From Candidatus Levyibacteriota bacterium (GTDB taxonomy: Bacteria > Patescibacteriota > Microgenomatia > Levybacterales > UBA12049), in contig DAIDHL010000002.1 in the NCBI GenBank assembly GCA_027459745.1, positions 191,310 to 255,309 of the forward strand: a stretch of 64,000 nucleotides of DNA, written 5' to 3'. Shown one piece after another: positions 46,295 through 55,655 of this stretch (within the stretch, counting starts at the first letter, position 1; every line of letters starts with the position of its first letter). The position numbers were made by a program, and so were the translations under genes. Under the pieces are notes generated by a model. That model did no database searches and was not told where the DNA came from. It was given only the letters and a program-made list of their open reading frames with translations.

Positions 46295-46466
46295 AAATAT
46301 TTTTTTGTCAGTACAAGGCCTACTTTAGAGAAACTAAGCAATAAATTTAATTTTAACCTGAACTTGATAATGCACAGATTCTGGACAAGCCAGAATCAGG
46401 TTATTATATACCCCATCTATAAGAAGCGTGTAAGAAGCTAATATAAGATGTATAATTTTTTATATT

Positions 46467-47552
46467 ATGAGTGAATCTAATAGTGAGTTTGTTTCAGTTT
46501 TTACTCCTGAGGGGAGAGAGACGCTGAAAGGTCAGTCACGCAAGAGCATTTTTAAGCAAGTCGCAGGTCTATGGGAAAATCGAAGTTTTGGAAGTGCAGT
46601 CTGGGATCTATATGTAAAAAAATTTAACAGAGAAGAACTTTCAGCTGCTGAGCAGGACATGGTAGAGATTCTCTATGGGACTGAGGCTAGACCATTGGGA
46701 AGTAAAATAGAATTTCCTCATTTAATGAAAGAGCTTGGTTATACTGCTCCAGAAAGTTTGTTGGTAAAAGCAAACACACCGCCTGAAGATAGAATGGAGA
46801 AGGTAAAAGAATATTTTTCTGCTAAGGGGATTGAAAAAATGTTTTGTAAACCCTTAAATAGCGCTCGTCAACGTAATCTTAGAGGTCTTAAAGAGGATTT
46901 ATTACTCGATTCAGAACAATTTAAACAGAATATAGATAACATTACCGAAGATACCGTAGTTCAAGAAAAAATGTCGATTAATGGGAATATCAGATATATT
47001 CGTTATCGAGATACACAAGGCAGAATTTATGTAGCAGCTTTTGATTATAAAGAGTTAGGGGTGGATCAAGAAGAAAAATGGGATGGTAAAAGACTTAGGC
47101 GAAGAGTACAAATACCTTTTGCTAGCAAAAAAGATAATAAAAAGTCTGCCTCAGGAGAGGGAAGATTAGCCATGGGAGAAAGCATGATCAATACCTGGGC
47201 TTTGCCTCTAGCAAATAATGATATGGAATTAGGTAATCTAAATCGCTTTATATCAGAAGCAACTACTGATTTGGAGGATAAATTAGGTGTAAAACTGCCT
47301 TTCTTTTCATGTGATATTGGTGTTAAAGATCCCAAAGCCTTAGGCGGTGAATATGATGTACCAAGGTTGAAAGAAAATGTGGTCTTTATCGAAACACAAG
47401 GTTTCCCCAATCCATGGGGAGGATATCGATGGGCTGATCGTAAGGCATTAAGAGATTATATGCGGATTTGGAATCTCTATTTAAGAGAACATGGAGACGA
47501 GATTCTCCCTAGGGCGCGAGCTATGTTACAAAAAGGTAATCAAGCAGCCTGA
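46467..47552 (+). CDS. Hypothetical protein (weak ATP-grasp-like features)
   Basis: The product is 361 aa. Candidate K (MFCKPLNSA) and E-x-N (VVFIETQGFPNPWGG) segments are reminiscent of ATP-grasp ligases. This is a low-confidence, motif-only call. Confidence 0.3.
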   Translation: MSESNSEFVSVFTPEGRETLKGQSRKSIFKQVAGLWENRSFGSAVWDLYVKKFNREELSAAEQDMVEILYGTEARPLGSKIEFPHLMKELGYTAPESLLVKANTPPEDRMEKVKEYFSAKGIEKMFCKPLNSARQRNLRGLKEDLLLDSEQFKQNIDNITEDTVVQEKMSINGNIRYIRYRDTQGRIYVAAFDYKELGVDQEEKWDGKRLRRRVQIPFASKKDNKKSASGEGRLAMGESMINTWALPLANNDMELGNLNRFISEATTDLEDKLGVKLPFFSCDIGVKDPKALGGEYDVPRLKENVVFIETQGFPNPWGGYRWADRKALRDYMRIWNLYLREHGDEILPRARAMLQKGNQAA

Positions 47553-47572
47553 GTAGATTGAAACAGCAGATT

Positions 47573-48508
47573 TTATTTCACAAATTCAGCTAGTTCGGCG
47601 GTGATGGAGTCTTGCATATCTTTTTCTCTAGGAGCATGGCCGGCAAATACAAATTTGAGTTTCGAATTCTTAATTTTCTTATGTAGATTCCAGGCATTGG
47701 CGGGTGGACAAACAAAATCATAGCGTCCATGCAGAATAGTTACAGGAATATCTGAAAGTTTGTCAGCATTGTCGAGAATATAATTATCCGGCATAAAACA
47801 TAAATTCTTCATATAAGTAGCTTCAATGGGAGCAAAAGAACGATATGAACCGTCAGACATGCCTTCTTCAATTTCTTCCTCAGTTACCTGCATGGCCAGA
47901 AAAGCTGATTCATAATAATCAAATTCATAACAATATTTCTCTTTCTCCTCCTCTGTCCCATGTAGCATTTTACTCAAATAATATTCTAAAGCCTGGTCTT
48001 TTTTATCCTCTGGCACCAAATTCATAAACCTTTCCCAATTATCAGGGAAATTGTATTTAATAGGGCCATTAATCAGATGATCATTATCTGCACTGCTGCC
48101 CAAATAAATACCCCGGATTAACATACCTGTAATCCGTAGTGGGTTTTGCAGTGCATAAAACAGCGAAAGAGCAGAACCCCATGATCCTCCATAGAGAAAA
48201 ATTTTACCTAGATTAAAAAGCTTAAGAATCTGATCAATATCATCAAGCATTTTTTGTGTGGTGTTATTTTTTACACTGGCGAAGGGAGTACTTTTACCAG
48301 CTCCGCGCTGATCAAAAGTGATAATATTCCATTTGGTGAGGTCAAAAAAAACTAAATTAGAGTATTCTATGCCACCGCCACCGGGGCCGCCATGCAAAAA
48401 GAGGACTGGTTTGCCACTTGGATTGCCATGCTGCTCATACCAGAGTTTATATCCATCACTGACCTCCAAAAAACCTGATTTAAGGGGAGTATATGTTTTC
48501 TCCAGCAT
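47573..48508 (-). CDS. pip: Proline iminopeptidase (prolyl aminopeptidase, S33)
   Basis: The oxyanion loop VLFLHGGPGGG and the nucleophile GGSWGSALSL are present. The product is 311 aa and matches the family along its length. Confidence 0.8.
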   Translation of the reverse strand: MLEKTYTPLKSGFLEVSDGYKLWYEQHGNPSGKPVLFLHGGPGGGGIEYSNLVFFDLTKWNIITFDQRGAGKSTPFASVKNNTTQKMLDDIDQILKLFNLGKIFLYGGSWGSALSLFYALQNPLRITGMLIRGIYLGSSADNDHLINGPIKYNFPDNWERFMNLVPEDKKDQALEYYLSKMLHGTEEEKEKYCYEFDYYESAFLAMQVTEEEIEEGMSDGSYRSFAPIEATYMKNLCFMPDNYILDNADKLSDIPVTILHGRYDFVCPPANAWNLHKKIKNSKLKFVFAGHAPREKDMQDSITAELAEFVK

Positions 48509-48591
48509 ATAAATTATCTTAACATATACCAGCTGAAATTTATATGAATTATTATTAGCTTGCTAAATAAAATATCTGAGGCTTAATCTTA

Positions 48592-48620
48592 TAGACATTT
48601 TTTTTCGTTTAATGTATAAT
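48592..48620 (+). promoter_or_regulatory. Putative S10-operon promoter (TAGACA-N17-TGTATAAT)
   Basis: An extended -10 has a perfect TATAAT, and the -35 is 5/6. It lies 47 bp upstream of rpsJ. A GGAGG SD sits at about 48652. Confidence 0.4.
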
Positions 48621-48666
48621 TACTTTTACCTTTAAGTAAGAACTTTGAAAGAAGGAGAAAATAGCT

Positions 48667-48975
48667 ATGCCAAAAGGAAGAATTCGTGTACGTTTAAAAA
48701 GTTATGATTCTCGTGTCATTGATGCGTGTTGTCAACAAATTTTAGATACGGCAATTAGAACCGGAGCCAAGATCGTGGGACCAGTTCCACTTCCTACACA
48801 GCGTAGCGTATATGCAATCAATAAGTCTCCTTTCGTCGAGAAGAATCATCGAGATCATTTTCAAATCTGTGTGCATAAGAGATTAGTTGATATTATTTCT
48901 CCAACCGACAAAACTATAGATAGTCTTACTCATTTGGAATTACCGGCTGGAGTTGATGTTGAGATTAAAATGTAA
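48667..48975 (+). CDS. rpsJ: 30S ribosomal protein S10
   Basis: RIRVRLKSYD...LPT matches S10 throughout. The product is 102 aa. Confidence 0.9.
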   Translation: MPKGRIRVRLKSYDSRVIDACCQQILDTAIRTGAKIVGPVPLPTQRSVYAINKSPFVEKNHRDHFQICVHKRLVDIISPTDKTIDSLTHLELPAGVDVEIKM

Positions 48976-49070
48976 TCTGAAAAGATGACATTTGATAGAT
49001 ATTGATGCCCAACAATGATATATAGTATAATATTAACTGTATAATGCTTGTTCAGGTTCTATCGTCAACA

Positions 49071-49099
49071 ACAGATAGCCGAGAGGCTGTCTTTTTTTT
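49071..49099 (+). terminator. Hairpin + T8 (terminator/attenuator candidate) between rpsJ and rplC
   Basis: ACAGATAGCC-gaga-GGCTGTCT has one bulge and is followed by TTTTTTTT. It is preceded by a TTGATG-N18-TATAAT promoter-like element at 49002-49031. Confidence 0.45.
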
Positions 49100-49134
49100 G
49101 AAAATGATAAAAAATATTAAAAAGAGGATTATAT

Positions 49135-49944
49135 ATGCAGACAATAATTGGTCAAAAATCAGAACAAACACAAAGATTTTTAGAAAACGGAACTAGAATT
49201 CCGGTTACGGTCGTGTCTGTTACCCCAAATAGTGTTATAACCACTAAATCTCTAGCTAAAGACGGGTATACTGCAGTCCAAATTGGCGCAGGTTCTCGTA
49301 AGAACTCAACCCGCAGTCAACTTGGTACAGCCAAAAAAGCTAATCTCGCTGCCGCACCCAAAATTATTAAAGAGGTGCGGTTTTTTGATGATAGTGATGT
49401 TATGCCTGAAGTTGGCACAGCTATTAATTTGAGTGATGTATTGCAACCAGGAGATATTGTAAATGCTACCGGCACATCTAAAGGCAAAGGATGGGCTGGT
49501 GTAGTCAAAAGACACAATTTCCGTGGAGGTCCTCGTACCCATGGTCAGTCAGATCGAGAACGTGCTCCTGGCTCATTAGGACAGACCACTACTCCTGGAC
49601 GTGTATATAAAGGTAAAAGAATGGCTGGTCGTATGGGGTCAGAGACTGTGACAATTCAAAATTTGTTTGTAGCTGATGTTATTGGTGATAAGGTATATGT
49701 GGCTGGTCTCGTTCCTGGACACGTAAATTCATTTATTGTTCTTAAAAAGACTGGTAAAATGGCTGATAAGAAATTTAGTCCGATGTTACGTATGGAGAAT
49801 ATGGATATCGAGCCAGTGGCTGTATTAGTTTCGGAAGATGTTTCTGCTGAAGAACCAAAAGTAGCAGAAGCAGAAAATGAGACAACTGAAGAAAAGTCCA
49901 CTTCCATTGAAAATGCCAATGAGTCGAAGGAGGAAGCTAAATAA
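49135..49944 (+). CDS. rplC: 50S ribosomal protein L3 with about 60-aa acidic C-terminal extension
   Basis: The L3 core runs from MQTIIGQKSEQTQRF..IPVTVV to ..VKRHNFRGGPRTHGQS. An extra E/K/T-rich tail follows (EEPKVAEAENETTEEKSTSIENANESKEEAK). Confidence 0.9.
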   Translation: MQTIIGQKSEQTQRFLENGTRIPVTVVSVTPNSVITTKSLAKDGYTAVQIGAGSRKNSTRSQLGTAKKANLAAAPKIIKEVRFFDDSDVMPEVGTAINLSDVLQPGDIVNATGTSKGKGWAGVVKRHNFRGGPRTHGQSDRERAPGSLGQTTTPGRVYKGKRMAGRMGSETVTIQNLFVADVIGDKVYVAGLVPGHVNSFIVLKKTGKMADKKFSPMLRMENMDIEPVAVLVSEDVSAEEPKVAEAENETTEEKSTSIENANESKEEAK

Positions 49945-49945
49945 T

Positions 49946-50668
49946 ATGGCAGAAGTAATCAAAAAACAAAAAACTACAGCTAAAAAAGCAACTAGCGCTA
50001 AAACGATAGCTTCTAAAACAGTGAAAAAAGAAACAGGTTTGGTCATTGATGTATTTGATGTCAGTGGTAAAGTTGCCGGACAATTAACTCTGGCCGAAAA
50101 AGTTTTTGGTGTAGCGATTAATAGAACGTTACTAGCACAAGCAATACGTGTTTACTTGGCCAATCAACGTCAAGGTACACGTTCTACCAAAACTCGTGGG
50201 GAAGTTTCTGCATCTACACGCAAAATCTATCGTCAAAAAGGTACAGGTCGGGCTCGTCATGGTTCCTTAAAAGCACCACTGTTCGTCCATTATGGAGGCG
50301 TTTCGCATGGACCACGTCCAGTGGATTTCAGCATGACTATGCCTCAAAAGATGCGTCAAAAAGCTTTGACCAGTGCATTGTCAGCTAAGTTGAAGGATCA
50401 AGAGATTAAAGTCGTATCTGGCTTGGTCAAACTAGAAGCAAAAACTAAAGTTATGGCCGGAATATTAAAAAATTTAGGACTTACAAACCATAAGGTGCTG
50501 ATCGTTATCAATGATGGTACAGATAATATTGTAAGAGCAGCTAGAAATTTAGAAGGCGTTACTTTGACTTCAGCCGCTAGATTAAATACTTATGATGTCC
50601 TAACAGCTAAACAAATTGTATTTGCCCAAGAAGCAGTTGAAAGTTTACAAAAAAGATTGGAGAAATAA
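49946..50668 (+). CDS. rplD: 50S ribosomal protein L4 with about 30-aa Lys/Ala/Thr-rich N-terminal extension
   Basis: The start was reset to the ATG at 49946. The L4 core begins near LVIDVFDVSGKV. The preceding MAEVIKKQKTTAKKATSAKTIASKTVKK is atypical. Confidence 0.85.
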   Translation: MAEVIKKQKTTAKKATSAKTIASKTVKKETGLVIDVFDVSGKVAGQLTLAEKVFGVAINRTLLAQAIRVYLANQRQGTRSTKTRGEVSASTRKIYRQKGTGRARHGSLKAPLFVHYGGVSHGPRPVDFSMTMPQKMRQKALTSALSAKLKDQEIKVVSGLVKLEAKTKVMAGILKNLGLTNHKVLIVINDGTDNIVRAARNLEGVTLTSAARLNTYDVLTAKQIVFAQEAVESLQKRLEK

Positions 50669-50670
50669 GT

Positions 50671-50955
50671 ATGAATCCTATTTATAAACCATTAATCACT
50701 GAAAAAACCATGTCTGAGGCTGAAAAAGGTAAATATTCGTTTGTTGTGGCTCAATCAGCAGGTAAAAAAGTTATCAGAAGAGCGATTGAATCTAATTTTT
50801 CTGTTAATGTGGTTAGTATTATGACTACTGTATCCAAAGGTAAGAGAAAGCGAGTTGGTCGTAATCGCCAAAAAGTAAGCGCCTCTACTATTAAAAAGGC
50901 AGTTGTTGAACTTAAATCAGGACAGAAAATTAGCTTATTTGAGTTAGGTGCTTAG
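50671..50955 (+). CDS. rplW: 50S ribosomal protein L23
   Basis: The 94-aa product has the L23 pattern (KPLITEKTM...KYSFVV). Confidence 0.85.
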   Translation: MNPIYKPLITEKTMSEAEKGKYSFVVAQSAGKKVIRRAIESNFSVNVVSIMTTVSKGKRKRVGRNRQKVSASTIKKAVVELKSGQKISLFELGA

Positions 50956-51008
50956 ACTTTGCGGCTATTGTATGCTACAATTAGCCTCATAGTTTATGAA
51001 GTATTTAT

Positions 51009-51761
51009 ATGAAGAAACTAAAACATATTCGCAAAAAACATGCAGGTCGCAATCTGGCTGGACAGGTAACTGTCAGGCATCAGGGTGGGGAGCATAAACG
51101 CTTTTATCGAGTAGTCGATTTTAAGCGCAATAAGGTAGATATATCGGGAGAAGTTGTAGCTATTGAATATGATCCAAATAGGACATGTGATATTGCTTTA
51201 ATTCATTATGCAGATGGTGAAAAACGCTATATCTTGGCTCCTGAGGGGCTTAAAGTAGGAGATAGTGTTGTAACTTCCCCTACTGCAGATATCAAGCCTG
51301 GTAATGCTTTGCCTTTAGCCAATATTCCGGTGGGTACTGTCGTTCACAATGTAGAATTGACGCCTGGTAAAGGTGGACAAATTGCTCGTGGTGCAGGTAC
51401 AAGTGTAACTGTAAACGCAAGTGAGGCAGGTTTGGTTTTCTTGAAGATGCCTTCCACGGAAATTCGTAAAGTTGACGCTACCGGCTATGCTACAATTGGT
51501 CAGGTTGGTAAAGTCAACTGGAAGAATGAAGTTCTTGGTAAAGCAGGTCGGTCTAGACATATGGGTATAAGACCAAGTGTTCGAGGCGTTGCCATGAATC
51601 CCCGATCCCATCCTCATGGAGGAGGAGAAGGGCGTTCAGGTATTGGTATGTCTTCACCAAAAAATTATGCTGGTAATACAGCCGTAGGTAAAAGACGCCG
51701 ACCGAATAAATACTCTGATAAATACATCGTACAGAGAAGAAAAGGAGGAGCTCACAAGTAA
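51009..51761 (+). CDS. rplB: 50S ribosomal protein L2 (N-terminally short form)
   Basis: [29 protein letters not shown] ... SHPHGGGEG is the unmistakable L2 core. The product is 250 aa and lacks about 25 N-terminal residues relative to typical L2. Confidence 0.9.
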   Translation: MKKLKHIRKKHAGRNLAGQVTVRHQGGEHKRFYRVVDFKRNKVDISGEVVAIEYDPNRTCDIALIHYADGEKRYILAPEGLKVGDSVVTSPTADIKPGNALPLANIPVGTVVHNVELTPGKGGQIARGAGTSVTVNASEAGLVFLKMPSTEIRKVDATGYATIGQVGKVNWKNEVLGKAGRSRHMGIRPSVRGVAMNPRSHPHGGGEGRSGIGMSSPKNYAGNTAVGKRRRPNKYSDKYIVQRRKGGAHK

Positions 51762-51850
51762 AGATCAAAATTCAAAAATCTAAGATCAAAACTATAAACA
51801 TTTGATCTTAAATATACATTTTGAACTTTAACTTTTGAATTATTTACATT

Positions 51851-52135
51851 ATGGCAAGAAGTAGTAAAAAAGGTCCTTATATAGATGACAGGTTAATGAA
51901 AAAAATCCAGAAGCAAAAGCAGACTGGGGAGCATACTGCGATCAAGACTTGGTCCAGATCTTGTCAGATTCCTCCAGAGTTTGTGGGGCATACTATTGCT
52001 GTACATAATGGGAGAATTTTTATTAACGTGTTGATCTCTGAGAGTATGGTAGGTCGCAGGTTGGGTGAATTCGCTGCTACTAGAACCTTTAGAAGTCATG
52101 GAAGAGTTGTCGCACGTGAGATTAGTAAGACGTAG
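51851..52135 (+). CDS. rpsS: 30S ribosomal protein S19
   Basis: [12 protein letters not shown]...[10 protein letters not shown] matches S19. Confidence 0.9.
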   Translation: MARSSKKGPYIDDRLMKKIQKQKQTGEHTAIKTWSRSCQIPPEFVGHTIAVHNGRIFINVLISESMVGRRLGEFAATRTFRSHGRVVAREISKT

Positions 52136-52176
52136 TAAGTAATAAACAAGAAGTTATTTTTAGCTTTTAAATAAAT

Positions 52177-52524
52177 ATGAAAGTACATGCAACAGCAAAA
52201 CAAGTTAAAGTCAGTCCAAGAAAGGTTCGCTTGGTAGCTGATGCTGTGCGTAATTTACCACTGGAACAGGCCTTAGGCCAACTACCACTATTACGCAAGA
52301 GAGCAGCTAATGCTTTGGTGGAAGTAATGCAAAGTGCAGTAGCTAATGCTGTAAATAATGCCAAATTACAGCGTGATCAATTGCGTATTGCTGAAATTAT
52401 TGTTAACGAAGGACAAGCATTGAAAAGATATCACGCTTCAACTAGAGGGAGAATTCATCCCTATAAAAAAAGAAGTAGTAATATCACAGTAGTTTTAGAA
52501 GATAAAGGAGGAAAAAGTCTGTAG
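52177..52524 (+). CDS. rplV: 50S ribosomal protein L22
   Basis: AKQVKVSPRKVRLVADAVR...RIAEIIVNEG matches L22. Confidence 0.9.
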   Translation: MKVHATAKQVKVSPRKVRLVADAVRNLPLEQALGQLPLLRKRAANALVEVMQSAVANAVNNAKLQRDQLRIAEIIVNEGQALKRYHASTRGRIHPYKKRSSNITVVLEDKGGKSL

Positions 52525-52585
52525 CAGGGTTAGCATGTAGAATTTAAAATCTACAAGATCTGGACTATAAACTAAGATAAATAAT

Positions 52586-53236
52586 ATGGGACAAAAAATT
52601 AATCCAACATTGTTAAGATTACAAGTAACTGATACCTGGAGAAGTCGTTGGTTTGATGATAAAAAATACAAAGATGTTGTGTTAGAAGATTATCATTTGC
52701 GCAATATTTTATTCAAAAAGCTTGAAAAAGCTGGAGTGGCTTCGGTGGAAATAGAGCGTTCTATTAATAGTTTGCAAATTATTCTTTCAGTTTCCAAGCC
52801 CGGTATGGTTATAGGTCGTTCAGGTGCTGGTATTGAGGAGTTAAAGAAAACCTTAAATGCCTTCTTGAAAAAACAACATGGTAAACAAGCTCCTAAGTTA
52901 GAGTTGAGAGTTGAACCAGTAAAAGAACCCAACTTGGATGCCTATTTAGTTGCTAAGAATATTGCAGATATGTTAGTTAGACGTTTGCCTTATAAACGTG
53001 TTTTGGTACAGATCTCTGATCGTGTGATGAGTAGTGGTGCCAAAGGTGTCCGCATCGTGCTCTCTGGGCGTATTGCAGGGGCTGAAATACATCGTACAGA
53101 AAAGATTCAGGTTGGTACAGTACCCCTGTCTACCATACGTGAAGATATAGAATATGCTTCTGTACCTGCTTTGACCACCAAAGGTTATATTGGTGTCAAG
53201 GTTTGGATCCATAAAGTTGAAGGAGGTAATAAATAA
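52586..53236 (+). CDS. rpsC: 30S ribosomal protein S3
   Basis: [12 protein letters not shown]...KH domain...GRIAGAEI matches S3. Confidence 0.9.
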   Translation: MGQKINPTLLRLQVTDTWRSRWFDDKKYKDVVLEDYHLRNILFKKLEKAGVASVEIERSINSLQIILSVSKPGMVIGRSGAGIEELKKTLNAFLKKQHGKQAPKLELRVEPVKEPNLDAYLVAKNIADMLVRRLPYKRVLVQISDRVMSSGAKGVRIVLSGRIAGAEIHRTEKIQVGTVPLSTIREDIEYASVPALTTKGYIGVKVWIHKVEGGNK

Positions 53237-53646
53237 TGTTAGCACCGAGAAGAGTAAAATACCGTAAACAAATGCGCGGTATGATGAAAGGTGATGCCTA
53301 TAATGGTACCTCGCTTACTTATGGGGAATATGGACTTACAGCCTTGGATATGGGTTGGATAAGTAGTCGACAAATTGAGGCAGCTCGTCGTGCGATTACT
53401 CACTTTACGGCTCGAGGTGGTCGTGTTTGGATTAGAATTTTTCCAGATAAGCCTATTACTAAAAAACCACCAGAAGTACGTATGGGAAGTGGTAAAGGTG
53501 ATGTACATGAGTATGTTGCACCCGTAAAACCAGGCAGAATTTTATTTGAGATGACTGGTGTTAGTGTTGAGGTTGCATCCGAAGCCTTAAGGTTAGCAGC
53601 TCATAAATTACCTGTTAGAACCAGATTTGTGACAAAAGGAGAATAA
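53236..53646 (+). CDS. rplP: 50S ribosomal protein L16
   Basis: [15 protein letters not shown]...[12 protein letters not shown] matches L16. Confidence 0.9.
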   Translation: MLAPRRVKYRKQMRGMMKGDAYNGTSLTYGEYGLTALDMGWISSRQIEAARRAITHFTARGGRVWIRIFPDKPITKKPPEVRMGSGKGDVHEYVAPVKPGRILFEMTGVSVEVASEALRLAAHKLPVRTRFVTKGE

Positions 53647-53649
53647 AGT

Positions 53650-53856
53650 ATGAAACTTAGAGAACAAAAAGATTTAAAGAATAAAGCAACAACTGAATTG
53701 AGACAGATGCTTAAAGAAGCAAGGAAGAGTTTATTTGATCTTCAGATGGATAAAGCTTTGGGTAAAAATAAAAATACCCGTTTGAAATTCTGGAAGAGAA
53801 AAGAGATTGCTTATCTTTTAACTCACCTTGCAAGAAAGGAGCAAACAAATGGCTAA
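53650..53856 (+). CDS. rpmC: 50S ribosomal protein L29
   Basis: The product is 68 aa, with LREQKDLKNKATTELRQMLKEARKSLFDLQ. Confidence 0.85.
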   Translation: MKLREQKDLKNKATTELRQMLKEARKSLFDLQMDKALGKNKNTRLKFWKRKEIAYLLTHLARKEQTNG

Positions 53857-54100
53857 AACGATTACAGGAACAGTTGTTTCGACTGGTATGCAGAATACAA
53901 TTGTGATAGAAGTAACACGTCGTGTTCCTCATCCATTGTACAAAAAATTATTGAAGCAAACTAGTCGTTTCAAAGCCGATACAGCTGGTAAAACCGTGAA
54001 GAATGGGGATACCGTAGTCATTGTGGAAACCAAACCAATTTCTAAAGACAAACACTTTGCTTTGCAAACAGTTATAGAAAATAAGGAGGAAAAGAAATAA
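53849..54100 (+). CDS. rpsQ: 30S ribosomal protein S17
   Basis: The start was reset to the ATG at 53849 ([11 protein letters not shown]...). It overlaps the rpmC stop by 8 nt. Confidence 0.85.
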   Translation: MAKTITGTVVSTGMQNTIVIEVTRRVPHPLYKKLLKQTSRFKADTAGKTVKNGDTVVIVETKPISKDKHFALQTVIENKEEKK

Positions 54101-54101
54101 T

Positions 54102-54476
54102 ATGATTCAATTGAGATCAATGTTAACAGCAGCAGATAATTCAGGTGCCAGAATTTTACAGGTGGTACATATCTTTGGTGGCTCTAATCGCAAAAGCGGT
54201 CAAATTGGCGATATTGTCAATTGTGTTGTAAAATTAGCCACTCCGCATGGTGCTGTGGCGGATGGAGAAATGGTTAAGGCGGTAGTCGTGCGCACGAGGA
54301 AAGAACATCGTCGCTCAGATGGTTCGTACGTTCGTTTTTCGGATAATGCTGCTGTACTGATTGATAATCCCAACGACAAGAATCCACGTGGGACGCGTAT
54401 TTTTGGGCCTATTGCTCGAGAAGTACGTGATGCAGGCTTTACCAAAATTGCTAGCATGGCACCGGAGGTAGTTTAG
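54102..54476 (+). CDS. rplN: 50S ribosomal protein L14
   Basis: [17 protein letters not shown]...GPIAREVR matches L14. Confidence 0.9.
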   Translation: MIQLRSMLTAADNSGARILQVVHIFGGSNRKSGQIGDIVNCVVKLATPHGAVADGEMVKAVVVRTRKEHRRSDGSYVRFSDNAAVLIDNPNDKNPRGTRIFGPIAREVRDAGFTKIASMAPEVV

Positions 54477-54512
54477 TAGATTGACTTAGGTTAGATCTAG
54501 AGGAGAAAAATT

Positions 54513-54818
54513 ATGAAATTAAGGAAAAATGATGAAGTAAAAATTATAAGAGGAAAAGATGGTGGTAAGACTGGTAAGGTCGAGCGTGTTTTTGCCAAAG
54601 ACCATAAAGTTTTAGTCGAAGGTGTAAATCAATTTAAGCGTCATGTCAAAGCGCGTGCTCAAGGACAGAGATCAGAAATTATCTCAATCACGAAGCCTTT
54701 AGCCTTGGCTAATGTACAATTGATTTGTCCGAAATGCAAGAAACCAACGAGAGTAGGTTTCTCTATTAATAAAGATACAAAAGAGAGAATTTGCAAGAAA
54801 TGTGGAGAAGCTATATAA
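54513..54818 (+). CDS. rplX: 50S ribosomal protein L24 (with C-terminal CxxC...CxxC zinc ribbon)
   Basis: The KOW motif MKLRKNDEVKIIRGKDGGKTGKV is present. The C-terminus carries CPKCKK...CKKCGE. Confidence 0.85.
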   Translation: MKLRKNDEVKIIRGKDGGKTGKVERVFAKDHKVLVEGVNQFKRHVKARAQGQRSEIISITKPLALANVQLICPKCKKPTRVGFSINKDTKERICKKCGEAI

Positions 54819-54838
54819 AATTTATTAATTATTAAAAT

Positions 54839-55384
54839 ATGGATACATTAGAAAAACGATATAAAGAAAAGATAGCTAAAGAACTACAGACCAAACTGGG
54901 AGTGACTAATGTCATGGCTATACCAGCTATGAAAAAAATTGTAGTCAATATGGGTGTCAAAGATGCTGTTTTGGATAAAAAGCACGTTACCAAAGCAGTT
55001 GATGTAATGACTCAGATTACTGGCCAAAAACCTAAGGTAGTGAAATCCAAAAAATCAATCGCGACCTTTAAATTAAGAGAGGGAGATCCCATTGGTGTTG
55101 TGGTTACTTTACATGGCAAAAGAATGTATGAATTTTTGGAAAAAATTATTGATATTGTTTTGCCGCGTATTAAAGATTTCCGTGGAGTTAGTAGAACCAG
55201 CTTCGATGGCCATGGTAACTATGCATTAGGTTTTCCAGAGTATGCTGTCTTTCCTGAAATTGATTTATCAACTGTAGATCGAATCCAAGGGCTGGAAGTA
55301 ATTGTCGTAACTAATGCAGGAACTGACGAAAAAGGATTCGCTTTAATGGAAGCTTTGGGTATACCATTTATGAAGGAGAAGTAA
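54839..55384 (+). CDS. rplE: 50S ribosomal protein L5
   Basis: LEKRYKEKIAKEL...FRGVSRTSFDGHGNYALGFPE matches L5. Confidence 0.9.
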   Translation: MDTLEKRYKEKIAKELQTKLGVTNVMAIPAMKKIVVNMGVKDAVLDKKHVTKAVDVMTQITGQKPKVVKSKKSIATFKLREGDPIGVVVTLHGKRMYEFLEKIIDIVLPRIKDFRGVSRTSFDGHGNYALGFPEYAVFPEIDLSTVDRIQGLEVIVVTNAGTDEKGFALMEALGIPFMKEK

Positions 55385-55460
55385 TATTTAATGACCTGGT
55401 TTGGAGAATTGAGCGAGATTTGTTATAATTCCGAAGCTAGATAAAATTTATAATAATATT

Positions 55461-55646
55461 ATGGCAAAAACATCAAATGTTGTTCGTTATGACAGAAAAT
55501 TAAAATATCCTACCCGATATGTTAACATCTGTGGTATTTGTGGCCGTTCCAGAGGCTATCTAAGACGGTTTGGTTTGTGCCGTTTATGTTTTCGTGAGCG
55601 TGCATCGAAAGGAGAATTGCCAGGTGTGGTTAAAGCCACTTGGTAA
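55461..55646 (+). CDS. rpsN: 30S ribosomal protein S14 type Z (zinc-binding)
   Basis: The product is 61 aa, with [23 protein letters not shown]. Confidence 0.85.
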   Translation: MAKTSNVVRYDRKLKYPTRYVNICGICGRSRGYLRRFGLCRLCFRERASKGELPGVVKATW

Positions 55647-55655
55647 GCTAGAATT

